Source: Geotalea daltonii FRC-32
GTDB lineage: Bacteria > Desulfobacterota > Desulfuromonadia > Geobacterales > Geobacteraceae
Assembly: GCF_000022265.1 (NCBI RefSeq)
Contig: NC_011979.1
Span: forward strand, 90,001-122,000
Direction of reading: 5' to 3'
DNA: 32,000 bases
The notes beneath the pieces were generated by a model that searched no databases, was not told the DNA's origin, and saw only the letters and a program-made list of their open reading frames with translations. Shown in pieces: positions 8,121 through 19,393 of this stretch (positions within the stretch are counted from its first letter, which is position 1; each line of letters opens with the position of its first letter). Both the position numbers and the translations under genes were made by a program.

Positions 8121-11100
8121 TTAGCCACCCAGCGCCGTCAGCGCTATCTCCTTCAACCCCTTCAGATCCAGCTTACCGCTACCCAGCATGGGCAGGTCCT
8201 CCACCGCCACATAGCAATCACGCCCCGGTTTCCACAGGTTGGGAATGTTGCTTTCGGCCAGCAGCCGGTGCAGGGTTTCCCCGTCAGCCGCATCCTTGGC
8301 ATAGACCACTACCAGTTTCTCCCCCTTCTTTTCGTCTGGCACGGCGGTTACCGCCAGCACCTGGGTCTGCCCGAGGCGGCCGTGCAGCTCATCCTCCACC
8401 ACGCCGTGGGGGACCATCTCGCCGCCAATTTTGCTGAAGCGGCTCATGCGGTCGGTGATGCGGATGAAGCCGTCATCGTCCATGATGCCGATGTCGCCGG
8501 TGACGTACCAGCCGTCCTTCACCACCTGGGCAGTCTTGTCCGGCTGTCCAAGGTAGCCGTGCATGACATTTGGCCCCTTGACCAGGATCAGTCCCGGCTC
8601 GCCCGGCTTCAAGGCAGTCCCGCTGTCCGGATCGACTACGCGGATGGCGACACCGGGGATGGGATGGCCGACGCTCCCCTCCTTGGAGCCATGCTGGGCA
8701 ACGCCGTCTATCTTCACATCGGGGAGGCTGAGGGTGATGACCGGGGAGAGCTCCGTTGCCCCATATCCCTCCAAAGGACGGATGCCGAAGCGCTCTTCGA
8801 AGGAATCGGCCACCTTGGCTTTCAATTTCTCAGCGCCGGTAATGACCAGGCGCAGGGAGGCAAAATCCTCTTTCTTTGCCCGGCGTAAGTAAGCGAGGAG
8901 AAAGGTGGGGGTGGCGATGAGCAGGGATGAGCGGTGTTCCCGGACCACCTGGGCGATCTTTTCACCATCCATGGGATTGGGATGGTAGGCGGCGGAAAAG
9001 CCGCTGAGGAGCGGCAGCCATAGGGTGCCGGTGAAGCCCAGGGAGTGGAAGAAGGGGAGGGCCGAGCAGATATTGTCGTTGAGGTTGACGCGAAAGACCA
9101 TGCGCAGTGCCTCGATGTTGGACATGATGTTGTGGTGGCTGAGCATGACCCCCTTTGGCTCGCCGGTGCTGCCGGAGGAGAAGATGACGGTGGCGGTCCG
9201 GTCGGCATGGAAGCCTTGGCGGTTGCAGAGCAGGCGAGGGGGCAGCAGCCGGCCGCGGATCAAGGCCTGCAGCTTTTCACCCTTGGAGATGGTGGGGGCG
9301 ATATCATCGAGAAAGAGCATGCCTTCCACTTGCGGCAGCGTGGGGAGCTTTTCCAGGAATGCTCGGGAGGTGACGATGGTGGTGATGCCGCACTGGGCGA
9401 TGGCCGACCTGAGGGATGCTTCGGCGGCGGTGTAGTTGAGATTGACCGGCACCCGCCCCAGCAGGGAGAGGGCCAGGTTGGCCAGCGCTCCGCCGGCCGA
9501 TGGCGGCAGCAGCAGCCCCACGTATTCTGCCTCGCCGATGCATTTATCAAGCTTGCCTGCCAGGGCCAGGGCACCTGCCAGGGTCTCGCCGTAGCTGAGC
9601 TCTTTGCCGGAGGTATCCGAAACGGCATGCCGTTTCCAGTTCTGCTTGGCGGCAAGGACGAAGTACTCGGCCAGTGGCTTGCGTTCGGCCTTGCGGGAAT
9701 TGAAATAGTCGCAGGAAAGCTCCATGACCGCCTGTCGTACCTCAAGGGCGGTGCTGGTTGCGGGCATGGGGGTGCCGAAGAGGATCGAGACCTGATAGGG
9801 TGCCAGGGCCGGCGGACGGGAGAGCAGCTTACCGTGGGCGTAACTGAGGATGCTTCCCCAGGCGCCGCCTATGTAAACCGGGATCACCGGATAGCCGCTG
9901 TCCTTGACAATCCGCTCGAAACCGCCGCGGAACTCACGCAGCATGCCGTTCCTGGTCAACGCACCTTCGGCGAAGATGCAGACCATGTAGCCGTCGTCAA
10001 GGGCGGTGCGCGCCCTCTTGATGAACTCCACCATCTCCTTCCTGCCGTCTTTCGAGGAGACCGGAATCACCCCCATCATCCGGAACAGCCAGCGCAACAG
10101 GGGAGTGTTGTAGATGCGCCGTTCCATGACGAAGCGGATGCGCCGCTGGCAGGTGGCGGAGAGCAACAGGGCATCCACCCAGGTGACGTGATTGGGTATG
10201 AGCAGCGCCGGTCCTTCCACCGGGAGGTTTTCAGCGCCGATAATACGCAGTCGGTAAAAAATGCGCATGGTGACCAGACCCATGAAGCGGAGCAGGAAGT
10301 CGGGGAGGAGCCAGAGGGTGATGATGGTCAGCGCCAGGGTCATGATGCCGATAACGCTGAAGCCCTGGGCCGCGGAAAGCTGCAACGGACCACTGAAGAG
10401 CCAGGTGAGGGCGGAGGCGAGGAGGATGCCGACCCAGTTGATGAAGCTGGAGGCGGCCAGTACTTCCCCCCTCTTGTCCGGCTCGGCCCGGAACTGGATG
10501 AAGGTCTGCAGCGGCAGGCTGAACAGCCCGGCGCTGATGCCGAAAAGCACGAGGATGAAAACGCAGGAGGCGATGGTGGAAGGGACGGTATGGAGCAGAA
10601 TGGCCGAGGCAGTCAGGCCGATGGCGCCGATGGGGACGATGCCGAATTCCACGTCGCGCCCGGAGAGTTTAGCCGCCAACAGTGAACCGCCGCCGATGCC
10701 AAGTGCCGCGGCAAGAAAGAGATAGCCGCTGCCCGCTTCGGAGAGTCCCAGCTGCTGCATGCCGTAGCTGATCAGGTTGAGCTGGGCGAAGGCGCCGACA
10801 AACATGAAATAGGCAAGGCCGATGATCGCCAGCATCAGGTCCCGGTCGTGGCGGACGGCCAGCACGGTGCGCAGGATTTCAGAGGGGAAGAGGGAGACCT
10901 TTCGGCTGGCGTCCTCCTGGCGGGTGGTCTCAAGTCGGGAGGCTGATGCCAGCCCTACCAGGGCCACCACAAGGCATACCAGCGCTGCAATCCAGAAACG
11001 TCCGCCGGTCGCCTGGGCCAGGACAGAGGCCAAGGCGGTGCCGACAATGATTGCCAGATAGGTAAATGACTCGATCAAGCCATTGACCCGGGACAAGTCG

Positions 11101-11501
11101 TCGCGGGAGGCTATTTCCGGGATGATGCCGTATTTGGCCGGTGCAAAGAAAGCACTGTGGGTTGCCATGAGGAAAACGACGGCATAGAGCCCCCATTCAA
11201 GCTTGAAGGCAAAAGCGACTACCGCTAAAAGGGTCACCGCCACCTCGATTGCCTTTATGATCTTGATCAGACGGGACTTGTGCAGACGGTCGGCCAGGCA
11301 ACCGGCGGGCGCGGAAAAGAGGAGGAAGGGGAGGACGAATGCAGCGCCGACACAGGCGGTGATGACTCCGGCCTTGGCAACGCCCTGGCTGCCGATCAGG
11401 AAAAAGATGATGAGCAGCTTGAGGATATTGTCGTTCAGGGCGCCGAGAAATTGGGTGGTGTTGAGCCAGAGCAGGGATTGGTGTTTTTCATGGGAAGTCA
11501 T
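8121..11501 (-). CDS. aas: tri-domain LplT-like MFS transporter / PlsC-type acyltransferase / acyl-ACP synthetase (Aas-type bifunctional enzyme fused to its transporter)
   Basis: N-terminal ~400 aa contain about 12 TM helices (MFS). HX4D acyltransferase motif NHVTWVD. AMP-binding signature IFSSGSTGEPKGV with downstream YGATE and GWYVTGD. SD GGAG before the ATG. Confidence 0.9.
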   Translation of the reverse strand: MTSHEKHQSLLWLNTTQFLGALNDNILKLLIIFFLIGSQGVAKAGVITACVGAAFVLPFLLFSAPAGCLADRLHKSRLIKIIKAIEVAVTLLAVVAFAFKLEWGLYAVVFLMATHSAFFAPAKYGIIPEIASRDDLSRVNGLIESFTYLAIIVGTALASVLAQATGGRFWIAALVCLVVALVGLASASRLETTRQEDASRKVSLFPSEILRTVLAVRHDRDLMLAIIGLAYFMFVGAFAQLNLISYGMQQLGLSEAGSGYLFLAAALGIGGGSLLAAKLSGRDVEFGIVPIGAIGLTASAILLHTVPSTIASCVFILVLFGISAGLFSLPLQTFIQFRAEPDKRGEVLAASSFINWVGILLASALTWLFSGPLQLSAAQGFSVIGIMTLALTIITLWLLPDFLLRFMGLVTMRIFYRLRIIGAENLPVEGPALLIPNHVTWVDALLLSATCQRRIRFVMERRIYNTPLLRWLFRMMGVIPVSSKDGRKEMVEFIKRARTALDDGYMVCIFAEGALTRNGMLREFRGGFERIVKDSGYPVIPVYIGGAWGSILSYAHGKLLSRPPALAPYQVSILFGTPMPATSTALEVRQAVMELSCDYFNSRKAERKPLAEYFVLAAKQNWKRHAVSDTSGKELSYGETLAGALALAGKLDKCIGEAEYVGLLLPPSAGGALANLALSLLGRVPVNLNYTAAEASLRSAIAQCGITTIVTSRAFLEKLPTLPQVEGMLFLDDIAPTISKGEKLQALIRGRLLPPRLLCNRQGFHADRTATVIFSSGSTGEPKGVMLSHHNIMSNIEALRMVFRVNLNDNICSALPFFHSLGFTGTLWLPLLSGFSAAYHPNPMDGEKIAQVVREHRSSLLIATPTFLLAYLRRAKKEDFASLRLVITGAEKLKAKVADSFEERFGIRPLEGYGATELSPVITLSLPDVKIDGVAQHGSKEGSVGHPIPGVAIRVVDPDSGTALKPGEPGLILVKGPNVMHGYLGQPDKTAQVVKDGWYVTGDIGIMDDDGFIRITDRMSRFSKIGGEMVPHGVVEDELHGRLGQTQVLAVTAVPDEKKGEKLVVVYAKDAADGETLHRLLAESNIPNLWKPGRDCYVAVEDLPMLGSGKLDLKGLKEIALTALGG

Positions 11502-11535
11502 GGCAGTCTCCGTATCGAGGAATTAAATGAGAATC

Positions 11536-12528
11536 TTATGCACCAGCAGGCAGGCGCAAAATGCGGGCGGCATTGGTCAAAACGTTTTCCGGCAGCCCCA
11601 GGGCCTCCTTGAGGGCAATATCCTGGTCCCAGGGATTGCGGATGTGGGAGATGGCGAGCACCTTGCGCGGCGACAGGCGATGGGCAAATGCCAGGGGGGT
11701 GACGATGAGTGTCTGGAGCAGGGGCATGTCGGTGCCGTAGAGCAGACGGCCATGCAGCTCCCGGTGTTTGAGTAGTCGGGGGAGATGGTTAAGCCTGTTG
11801 AGCTGGGTAAGGGCGGAAACATCGGCATAGAGGTTGGGGAATTCAGCGCAGAGGCGAAGGAAGCGATTAAAGTTGGCCTCGCCGTCGTTTTTGCCGCTGC
11901 TGGCAGCGTGGGCGGCGATCACTGTCACTCCGACACGGAGTGGCAACCGTAGCCGCTCTGGATCACCCAGGTGGTCCTGCTTGCAGGTAAAGGATTCCTC
12001 TTCGCCGGTGTGGGTAAGAAGCGGCAGCCCCTGACCCCGCAGGCACTCGTAGAAGGGGACCAGCCGCTCATCGGCGGGATCTATCCCCTGAATGGAAGGA
12101 AGCCACTTCAGAAGTACCGCCCCTTGTGCCACTGCCTGGTGGAGCCGCTCGATGGCATCGTGCCGGTAGGGGTTGATGCTGGCTCCGAAGAGAATGTTGT
12201 CATGACGGCTGGCGGCACTGGCAATGAACTCATTGGGAATGAACGCTTCGGTGCGTGCCATGTCCAGTTCTCCATTCTGGTCGATAACTCCGTCCAGGGC
12301 CAGCACCACAGCTTGTTGCACCCTTTCCGCTCCGGCTAGGAGCGCGGAGAGCCGCTCAACTATCAGATGGTCCCCCTGAACCAGCAGTTCCCGTTCCGAA
12401 ACGCCGAAGGCCCGCAAATAAATATGAAATTTGAAGCTGCGGCGCATGGCAGGAGAGATGAAACAGCCGCTGTTGCCGGCGCCGATCCCGGCAGCATGAC
12501 AATGGATGTCGATAATGGATTGTTGCAT
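11536..12528 (-). CDS. metal-dependent TIM-barrel amidohydrolase-family protein
   Basis: N-terminal IDIHCHA metal-binding motif and later HTGEE, AAH and GTD motifs typical of the amidohydrolase_2 superfamily. GAGG SD. The stop is 35 nt upstream of the aas start, suggesting an operon. Confidence 0.75.
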   Translation of the reverse strand: MQQSIIDIHCHAAGIGAGNSGCFISPAMRRSFKFHIYLRAFGVSERELLVQGDHLIVERLSALLAGAERVQQAVVLALDGVIDQNGELDMARTEAFIPNEFIASAASRHDNILFGASINPYRHDAIERLHQAVAQGAVLLKWLPSIQGIDPADERLVPFYECLRGQGLPLLTHTGEEESFTCKQDHLGDPERLRLPLRVGVTVIAAHAASSGKNDGEANFNRFLRLCAEFPNLYADVSALTQLNRLNHLPRLLKHRELHGRLLYGTDMPLLQTLIVTPLAFAHRLSPRKVLAISHIRNPWDQDIALKEALGLPENVLTNAARILRLPAGA

Positions 12529-12570
12529 AACAGTACCTCGGTCATGGCATTAGAGTAATCGCCGGACTGT

Positions 12571-12586
12571 AGCAGGGGGTGTGCCA
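12571..12586 (-). promoter_or_regulatory. sigma-54 (-24/-12) promoter for amidohydrolase-aas operon
   Basis: Minus strand reads TGGCACaccccCTGCT against the consensus TGGCAC-N5-TTGCW. The GG and GC dinucleotides have correct spacing. It lies about 45 nt upstream of the ATG at 12528 and is divergent from a sigma-54 EBP gene. Confidence 0.6.
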
Positions 12587-12660
12587 AGTGAATGAAGCCG
12601 CTGCCAGTCTTCTTTTTGCGCCAGTACCAGAGAAGAAACCTCCAGCCTCATTTTCAAAAC

Positions 12661-12688
12661 TTGACATTTTTTGCTGGTACTTTATACA
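12661..12688 (+). promoter_or_regulatory. candidate sigma-70 promoter of the EBP gene
   Basis: TTGACA (12661-12666), 16 nt spacer, TATACA (12683-12688). This would place the transcription start at or next to ATG 12697, giving a leaderless or near-leaderless mRNA. Confidence 0.35.
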
Positions 12689-12696
12689 TTGCATGC

Positions 12697-14184
12697 ATGA
12701 ATAAGAAAATTAAAATAAATCAGGAAGACCGGGTTTTTTTTGAAACGGTGGCCAAGGCTGCCTTTGCCAATCCCTTTGGCGGAAAGAGGGATGAGCTGGA
12801 TGCCCTGATTGGTGGCGTGAAAGCGGGGATCTCACCAGAGAAGCTTCTGGCGGCGGTAGTTGGCCAGATCAGGCAGCGGATAATAGCGTTAAAGGAGAAA
12901 GATGCAGCAAACCTCAGGCATTGGGAAGGGGAGGATCGTGAAGCCTTCCGCATTGTAGTGCTCTTTCATCTCTTCCACCGCCATCTGGAAGACTTCGACC
13001 GCCTGACCCAGAACCAGCTGAAAAGCGGCGAAGCCTCCTGTCCGGTTCCCTTTGCCCGGACCGTGCTCGGCGAACTCCATGACTTCGGCTTTGCCGAGCA
13101 TGAGGCGCTTCGTTTTCTGGCCGTCTTTTACCAGCTCCGGCGCGCCTTCTATTTCATCAAGAACGGCCTGGTCGGCAACTCCCCTTCCATGCGCACCCTT
13201 CGCAAGCACCTGTGGAACTGCGTGTTCACCCATGATATCCGCTGGTTCGAAAGCAGGTTCTGGGACCGCATGGAGGACTTTTCGGTGCTTCTCTTGGGAG
13301 CCACCGGCACCGGCAAAGGCGCGGCGGCATCTGCCATCGGGCGTTCGGGCTTCATTCCTTTCGATGTATCCCGCAATTGTTTTTCCGAAAGTTTCACCCG
13401 CAATTTCGTGGCGATCAACCTCTCCCAGTTTTCCGAAGGGGTGCTGGAATCTGAACTCTTCGGCCATCGCAAAGGGGCCTTTACCGGGGCTATGGACAAT
13501 TATGAAGGGCTCTTCAGCAGGTGTGCCCCCCACGGCGTCATCTTCCTTGACGAGATCGGCGATGTCAGTCTGCCGGTACAGATAAAGCTGCTCCAGGTCC
13601 TTCAGGAGCGCCAGTTTTCACCGGTTGGGAGCCACGAACGGAAGCGCTTCAGCGGCAGGGTGGTGGCAGCCACCAACCGGCCCCTGGAGGAGCTGCGCCG
13701 GGAGGGCAAGTTCCGCGATGATTTCTACTACCGCCTCTGTTCCGATGTGGTGCACCTGCCTTCTCTCAGGCAGCGGTTGCAGGAATCGCCCCAGGAGCTT
13801 GACCTGCTTCTGACCAGCATCCTGGCCCGACTGGCGGGGAATGTGACGCCACGGGAGCAGCAGCTGGTAAAAAAGGTTCTGGAACGGGACTTGGGGGGAG
13901 ATTACGCTTGGCCGGGGAACGTGCGGGAGCTGGAGCAGGCGGTGAAGCGGATCATCATTACCGGCCGCTGCCAGCGACCGGACAACGGACAATCCGTAAA
14001 AAAATCGTCCGATCTTTTGGTAGATGGCATAAAAGAGGGAAATTTAGATGCTGAATCGTTGTTGGCCCAATACTGCAGTATGCTCTACAGCCGCTATGGA
14101 ACATATGAAGAAGTTGCTCGCCGTATGAAGCTGGATCGGCGCACGGTTAAAAAATATATCTCCTCATCTGACAGCAACGAGTAA
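12697..14184 (+). CDS. sigma-54-dependent transcriptional activator (bacterial enhancer-binding protein) with non-canonical N-terminal domain
   Basis: AAA+ Walker A LLLGATGTGKG, sigma-54 contact loop GAFTGA, Walker B VIFLDEIGD, and a C-terminal Fis-type HTH (YEEVARRMKLDRRTVKKYI). The start is uncertain. The ORF opens at 12592, but ATG 12697 follows the candidate promoter. No receiver, PAS or GAF motif was recognised in the first ~190 aa. Confidence 0.85.
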   Translation: MNKKIKINQEDRVFFETVAKAAFANPFGGKRDELDALIGGVKAGISPEKLLAAVVGQIRQRIIALKEKDAANLRHWEGEDREAFRIVVLFHLFHRHLEDFDRLTQNQLKSGEASCPVPFARTVLGELHDFGFAEHEALRFLAVFYQLRRAFYFIKNGLVGNSPSMRTLRKHLWNCVFTHDIRWFESRFWDRMEDFSVLLLGATGTGKGAAASAIGRSGFIPFDVSRNCFSESFTRNFVAINLSQFSEGVLESELFGHRKGAFTGAMDNYEGLFSRCAPHGVIFLDEIGDVSLPVQIKLLQVLQERQFSPVGSHERKRFSGRVVAATNRPLEELRREGKFRDDFYYRLCSDVVHLPSLRQRLQESPQELDLLLTSILARLAGNVTPREQQLVKKVLERDLGGDYAWPGNVRELEQAVKRIIITGRCQRPDNGQSVKKSSDLLVDGIKEGNLDAESLLAQYCSMLYSRYGTYEEVARRMKLDRRTVKKYISSSDSNE

Positions 14185-14323
14185 GTACTGAAATTGTTAC
14201 ATGACTGCTGGTGTTAGGGGAGTGATATAAGCTCTTTTATTCCATTTGCGCTTTCACCAAGCTTTCACAAACCCTGCCTGATTCTGCTGCATTTCACCAG
14301 ACTCAAATGGACTTTGGCCGGAT

Positions 14324-15220
14324 CTATTCTGCAGCAGCCATTTGACGCAAGTTGATTATGTCCCGTAACGGCGGTGCCCCAAACAGGCGGTTGTATTCAC
14401 GACTGAACTGGGAAGGGCTCTCATAGCCGACCTGAAACGCTGCGTTTGCGGCATCCATGCGTTCACTCAACATCAAACGCCTTGCTTCCTGCAGGCGCAG
14501 CTGTTTTTGATACTGTAACGGACTCAGTGCGGTCATCGACCTGAAATGATGATGAAAGGTGGAACTGCTCATGCGGGCTTGTTCAGCCAGTTCTTCGACG
14601 CGCAACGGCTGGGTGAAGTTGGTTTTCAACCAATCGATCGCTCGAGCTATTTGATGACTCTGGCTGCCTGCCGATGCGATCTGGCGCAGGCGCGTCCCTT
14701 GATCTCCAACCAGCAGGCGGTAGATAATTTCCTTTTGAATGATCGGCGCCAGGATCGGAATATCCTGCTGATCGTCAAGCAGGCCGATCAATCGATGAAA
14801 AGCGGTGACGAGCGCCAGCGTCATCACGCCGGTGGCCATTCCACGGCTCGACTGCTGGACACGTGGCGCGGGAAGATTGCTGTCCGCCATCAGTTGTGAC
14901 ATTTCCCGCTGATCGAGCTTCAATTTAAGCCCCAGGTAGGGCTTTTCCCGGTTCGCCTCGACAATCTGCACAACCGTGGGGAGATGCACGGAAGTGATCA
15001 GGTAGTGGAGCGCATCGTAGACAAAAACCTCGTCACCGAGCAGCACCCGCTTGGCCCCCTGGGCGACCAGGCAAATGCTCGGCTCGTACATGCCGGTCAT
15101 GGGCTCGGTCGGTTCCTCCCGTCGATAAAGTGATAAACCGTGGATTGCGGTTATATGCTGTTCCCCTTCTTCGGTCAATCGGGCAATGCTTGTTGCCAAA
15201 GCTTCCAGTGCACGTTCCAT
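14324..15220 (-). CDS. AraC-family transcriptional regulator with AraC_N-type sensor domain (YqhC-like)
   Basis: C-terminal double HTH (LRVEELAEQARMSSSTFHHHFRSMTALSPLQYQKQLRLQEARRLM...GYESPSQFSREYNRLFG). Divergent from aldehyde-reducing enzymes as in E. coli yqhC-yqhD-dkgA. ATG 15220 has a GAGGAAG SD, while the track start at 15250 is TTG. Confidence 0.85.
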   Translation of the reverse strand: MERALEALATSIARLTEEGEQHITAIHGLSLYRREEPTEPMTGMYEPSICLVAQGAKRVLLGDEVFVYDALHYLITSVHLPTVVQIVEANREKPYLGLKLKLDQREMSQLMADSNLPAPRVQQSSRGMATGVMTLALVTAFHRLIGLLDDQQDIPILAPIIQKEIIYRLLVGDQGTRLRQIASAGSQSHQIARAIDWLKTNFTQPLRVEELAEQARMSSSTFHHHFRSMTALSPLQYQKQLRLQEARRLMLSERMDAANAAFQVGYESPSQFSREYNRLFGAPPLRDIINLRQMAAAE

Positions 15221-15313
15221 GGTTTCTTCCTCAAAATCCCGTTTTAACAACCTTTTTTATCATTGAATCCTGATCTGAGGTTACCTGACTTCGTTGCCAA
15301 TTTACAATTATTT

Positions 15314-15361
15314 TTTGGCCTGTCGGAAAATCAGGCAAGAAATGAGCAGGATCGATCTATC
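15314..15361. promoter_or_regulatory. conserved 48-nt box, copy A (candidate AraC/YqhC-like operator)
   Basis: Ungapped alignment with 19571-19618 gives 40/48 identical, counted by eye. Core is GCCTnTCGGAnnnATCAGGCAAGAAAnGAGCAGGATnnnTCTATC. Both copies lie exactly 110 nt from the ATG of the divergent AraC-type gene or remnant. Confidence 0.5.
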
Positions 15362-15363
15362 CG

Positions 15364-15392
15364 TCTGTGTTCTTTCTGGAGTAGGTTATAAT
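15364..15392 (+). promoter_or_regulatory. candidate activator-dependent promoter of AKR-ADH operon
   Basis: Perfect -10 TATAAT at 15387-15392 with a poor -35 (TCTGTG) directly abutting the conserved box. This layout is typical of class II activation. Confidence 0.4.
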
Positions 15393-15406
15393 CATCAAAG
15401 GCCTGA

Positions 15407-17611
<2,205 letters not shown>

Positions 17612-17710
17612 ACGAAAGGAAAGGTGGGGGAAAGAATAAGCCGACAACAGGTTTGAACCAAGCTCTCAGCTGCGGATAGCAGGATAGGGGTTCAACAGTC
17701 GAGGCACTAA

Positions 17711-17798
17711 TATCCCTTTAACGGTATATGAGCTTAAAAATATATATTGCAAATATCCCTTTAAGGGGATATTTTCTGATTATGTCTTTAAAGGGATA
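17711..17798 (+). promoter_or_regulatory. three HipB-type operators overlapping the hipBA promoter
   Basis: TATCC-N8-GTATA (17711-17728), perfect TATCC-N8-GGATA (17754-17771) and TATGT-N8-GGATA (17781-17798). Candidate -35 TTAACG (17718-17723) and -10 TATATA (17741-17746) have 17-nt spacing. Confidence 0.6.
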
Positions 17799-17812
17799 AA
17801 GTGGGGTGAGAG

Positions 17813-18055
17813 ATGAGCGGAATTCGTTCTCCAAAAGAACTAGGGGAGGCACTTCGCCAGAAACGTAAGGCAAAGGGGTTGACACAGACGGCTGCAGGGA
17901 AGCCGGTTAACCTGGTGCAATCCAAAATATCGCAGATCGAAAACGGAACCCTTGCCATCGAGTTGAGTACCCTATTCCGACTTCTGGCGGCACTTGACCT
18001 GGAGCTGGTGGTACAGCCACGACAAAAGCATGAAATTAAAGGAGATGAGTGGTAA
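17813..18055 (+). CDS. hipB: HipB antitoxin (XRE-family HTH)
   Basis: 80 aa with HTH GLTQTAAGKPVNLVQSKISQIENG. Its stop overlaps the hipA start (TAATG). Confidence 0.85.
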   Translation: MSGIRSPKELGEALRQKRKAKGLTQTAAGKPVNLVQSKISQIENGTLAIELSTLFRLLAALDLELVVQPRQKHEIKGDEW

Positions 18056-19365
18056 TGCCCAGGAATCTAGCGGTTTACCTTAATGGGACCAGGGTAGGAA
18101 CTTTGACTCATGCTGCCAGAGTGCTTCAGTTCGTTTATGCTACCTCCTGGATTACCTCCAGCGTGAGCCGTCCCCTCTCACTTTCAATGCCCCTTCGGAG
18201 GGAGCCCTATTCAGGGGACGTCGTCGAGAATTACTTCGATAACTTGCTTCCTGACAATCAGGCGATCAGGAATCGTATCCAGACAAGATTTGGTTCTCCG
18301 TCAAACCGTGCATTTGATCTTTTGTGGCATACCGGCCGTGATTGCGTCGGTGCAGTTCAATTGATACCAGACGGTGCTGAGGCTGTAGATGTTAGAAGGG
18401 TAGAAGCTACTCCTGTATCGGACGTAAAGATAGCGGCCATCCTTAACAATTATCGGACAATGCCGTTGGGTATGCGACCGGATATTGACTTCCGAATCTC
18501 GCTGGCAGGCGCGCAGGAGAAGACGGCTTTGCTCCGGCTTGATGGCAGGTGGTGCATCCCCTCGGGGGTGACTCCAACAAGTCACATCCTGAAGCTTCCG
18601 ATCGGAACGATTGCCCATAGTGGTATGGACCTCACTGATAGTGTCGAGAATGAATGGCTTTGTCACCTCATTCTGAAGGAATTTGGTGTTCCGGTCGCCA
18701 ATGCGGAAATGGAAGTCTTTGAAGGGGTGAAGGCTCTTGTGGTAGAGCGATTCGACCGACGCTGGGCTGAGGATGGCTCGTGGTTGATTCGACTTCCACA
18801 AGAGGACATGTGCCAGGCGATGGGAGTGGCGCCCGCATTGAAATATGAGAGTGATGGAGGCCCCGGCATCCAGAAGATCATGACTTTTTTGCTCGGATCG
18901 GCAGACGCGCTGGGTGACCGGCGGGTATTTATGCAGGTGCAGGTACTTTTCTGGCTTCTGGCTGCAATCGATGGCCATGCCAAGAACTTCAGCATCTTTA
19001 TACGCCCGCGTGGCGAGTTTTCCCTAACCCCGATGTATGATGTGCTTTCCGCATATCCTCTTGTAGTAAAGGGACAACTAGATCCACACAGGTTGAGAAT
19101 GGCGATGGCTGTCAGTGGCAAAAACCGTCGATATGAGCACATCTCCATCCGCTACAGGCATTGGCTGGCAACGGCTCAGAGAAATAACGTATCGCCTGAG
19201 GAAATGGCGCTGATAATTGAGGAGCTCCTTGATCGGGTGGACAGCATAACCGCAGCTGTGGCTTCCAGATTGCCCCATAATTTCCCTGGAGATGTCGCTG
19301 AAAGCATCTTTGAAGGGATGCGGCAGTCTCGAGATAGGTTGGCGTCGCAGAAACACGAACGCTGA
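18055..19365 (+). CDS. hipA: HipA serine/threonine kinase toxin
   Basis: N-terminal LAVYLNG..VG, nucleotide-binding SLAGAQEKTAL and catalytic DGHAKNFS motifs. ATG 18055 is preferred over GTG 18049. Confidence 0.9.
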   Translation: MPRNLAVYLNGTRVGTLTHAARVLQFVYATSWITSSVSRPLSLSMPLRREPYSGDVVENYFDNLLPDNQAIRNRIQTRFGSPSNRAFDLLWHTGRDCVGAVQLIPDGAEAVDVRRVEATPVSDVKIAAILNNYRTMPLGMRPDIDFRISLAGAQEKTALLRLDGRWCIPSGVTPTSHILKLPIGTIAHSGMDLTDSVENEWLCHLILKEFGVPVANAEMEVFEGVKALVVERFDRRWAEDGSWLIRLPQEDMCQAMGVAPALKYESDGGPGIQKIMTFLLGSADALGDRRVFMQVQVLFWLLAAIDGHAKNFSIFIRPRGEFSLTPMYDVLSAYPLVVKGQLDPHRLRMAMAVSGKNRRYEHISIRYRHWLATAQRNNVSPEEMALIIEELLDRVDSITAAVASRLPHNFPGDVAESIFEGMRQSRDRLASQKHER

Positions 19366-19393
19366 ATGATGGTTGAACGATAGGCACCTGAGA

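Noticed and set aside
9045-10685. 546-aa plus-strand ORF, plus several other long ORFs at 8064-8888, 9025-9435 and 10261-10725
   Set aside because: They are antisense to the well-supported aas fusion gene. The products are Gly/Arg/Ala/Glu-rich low-complexity sequences typical of off-frame reading of GC-rich coding DNA. None has an SD.
12592-12696. Upstream extension of the EBP ORF (start at 12592)
   Set aside because: There is no SD. The extension would begin 5 nt from the divergent sigma-54 promoter and would contain its own TTGACA/TATACA promoter. The peptide has no recognisable features. It is kept only as an alternative start.
17640-17710. GGTTTGAACC and GGGGTTCAAC strings checked as a possible tRNA 3' end or att site for the hipBA insertion
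   Set aside because: No complementary T-stem or acceptor stem could be built, and there is no CCA-proximal structure. It is not a tRNA or tRNA fragment as far as I can see.
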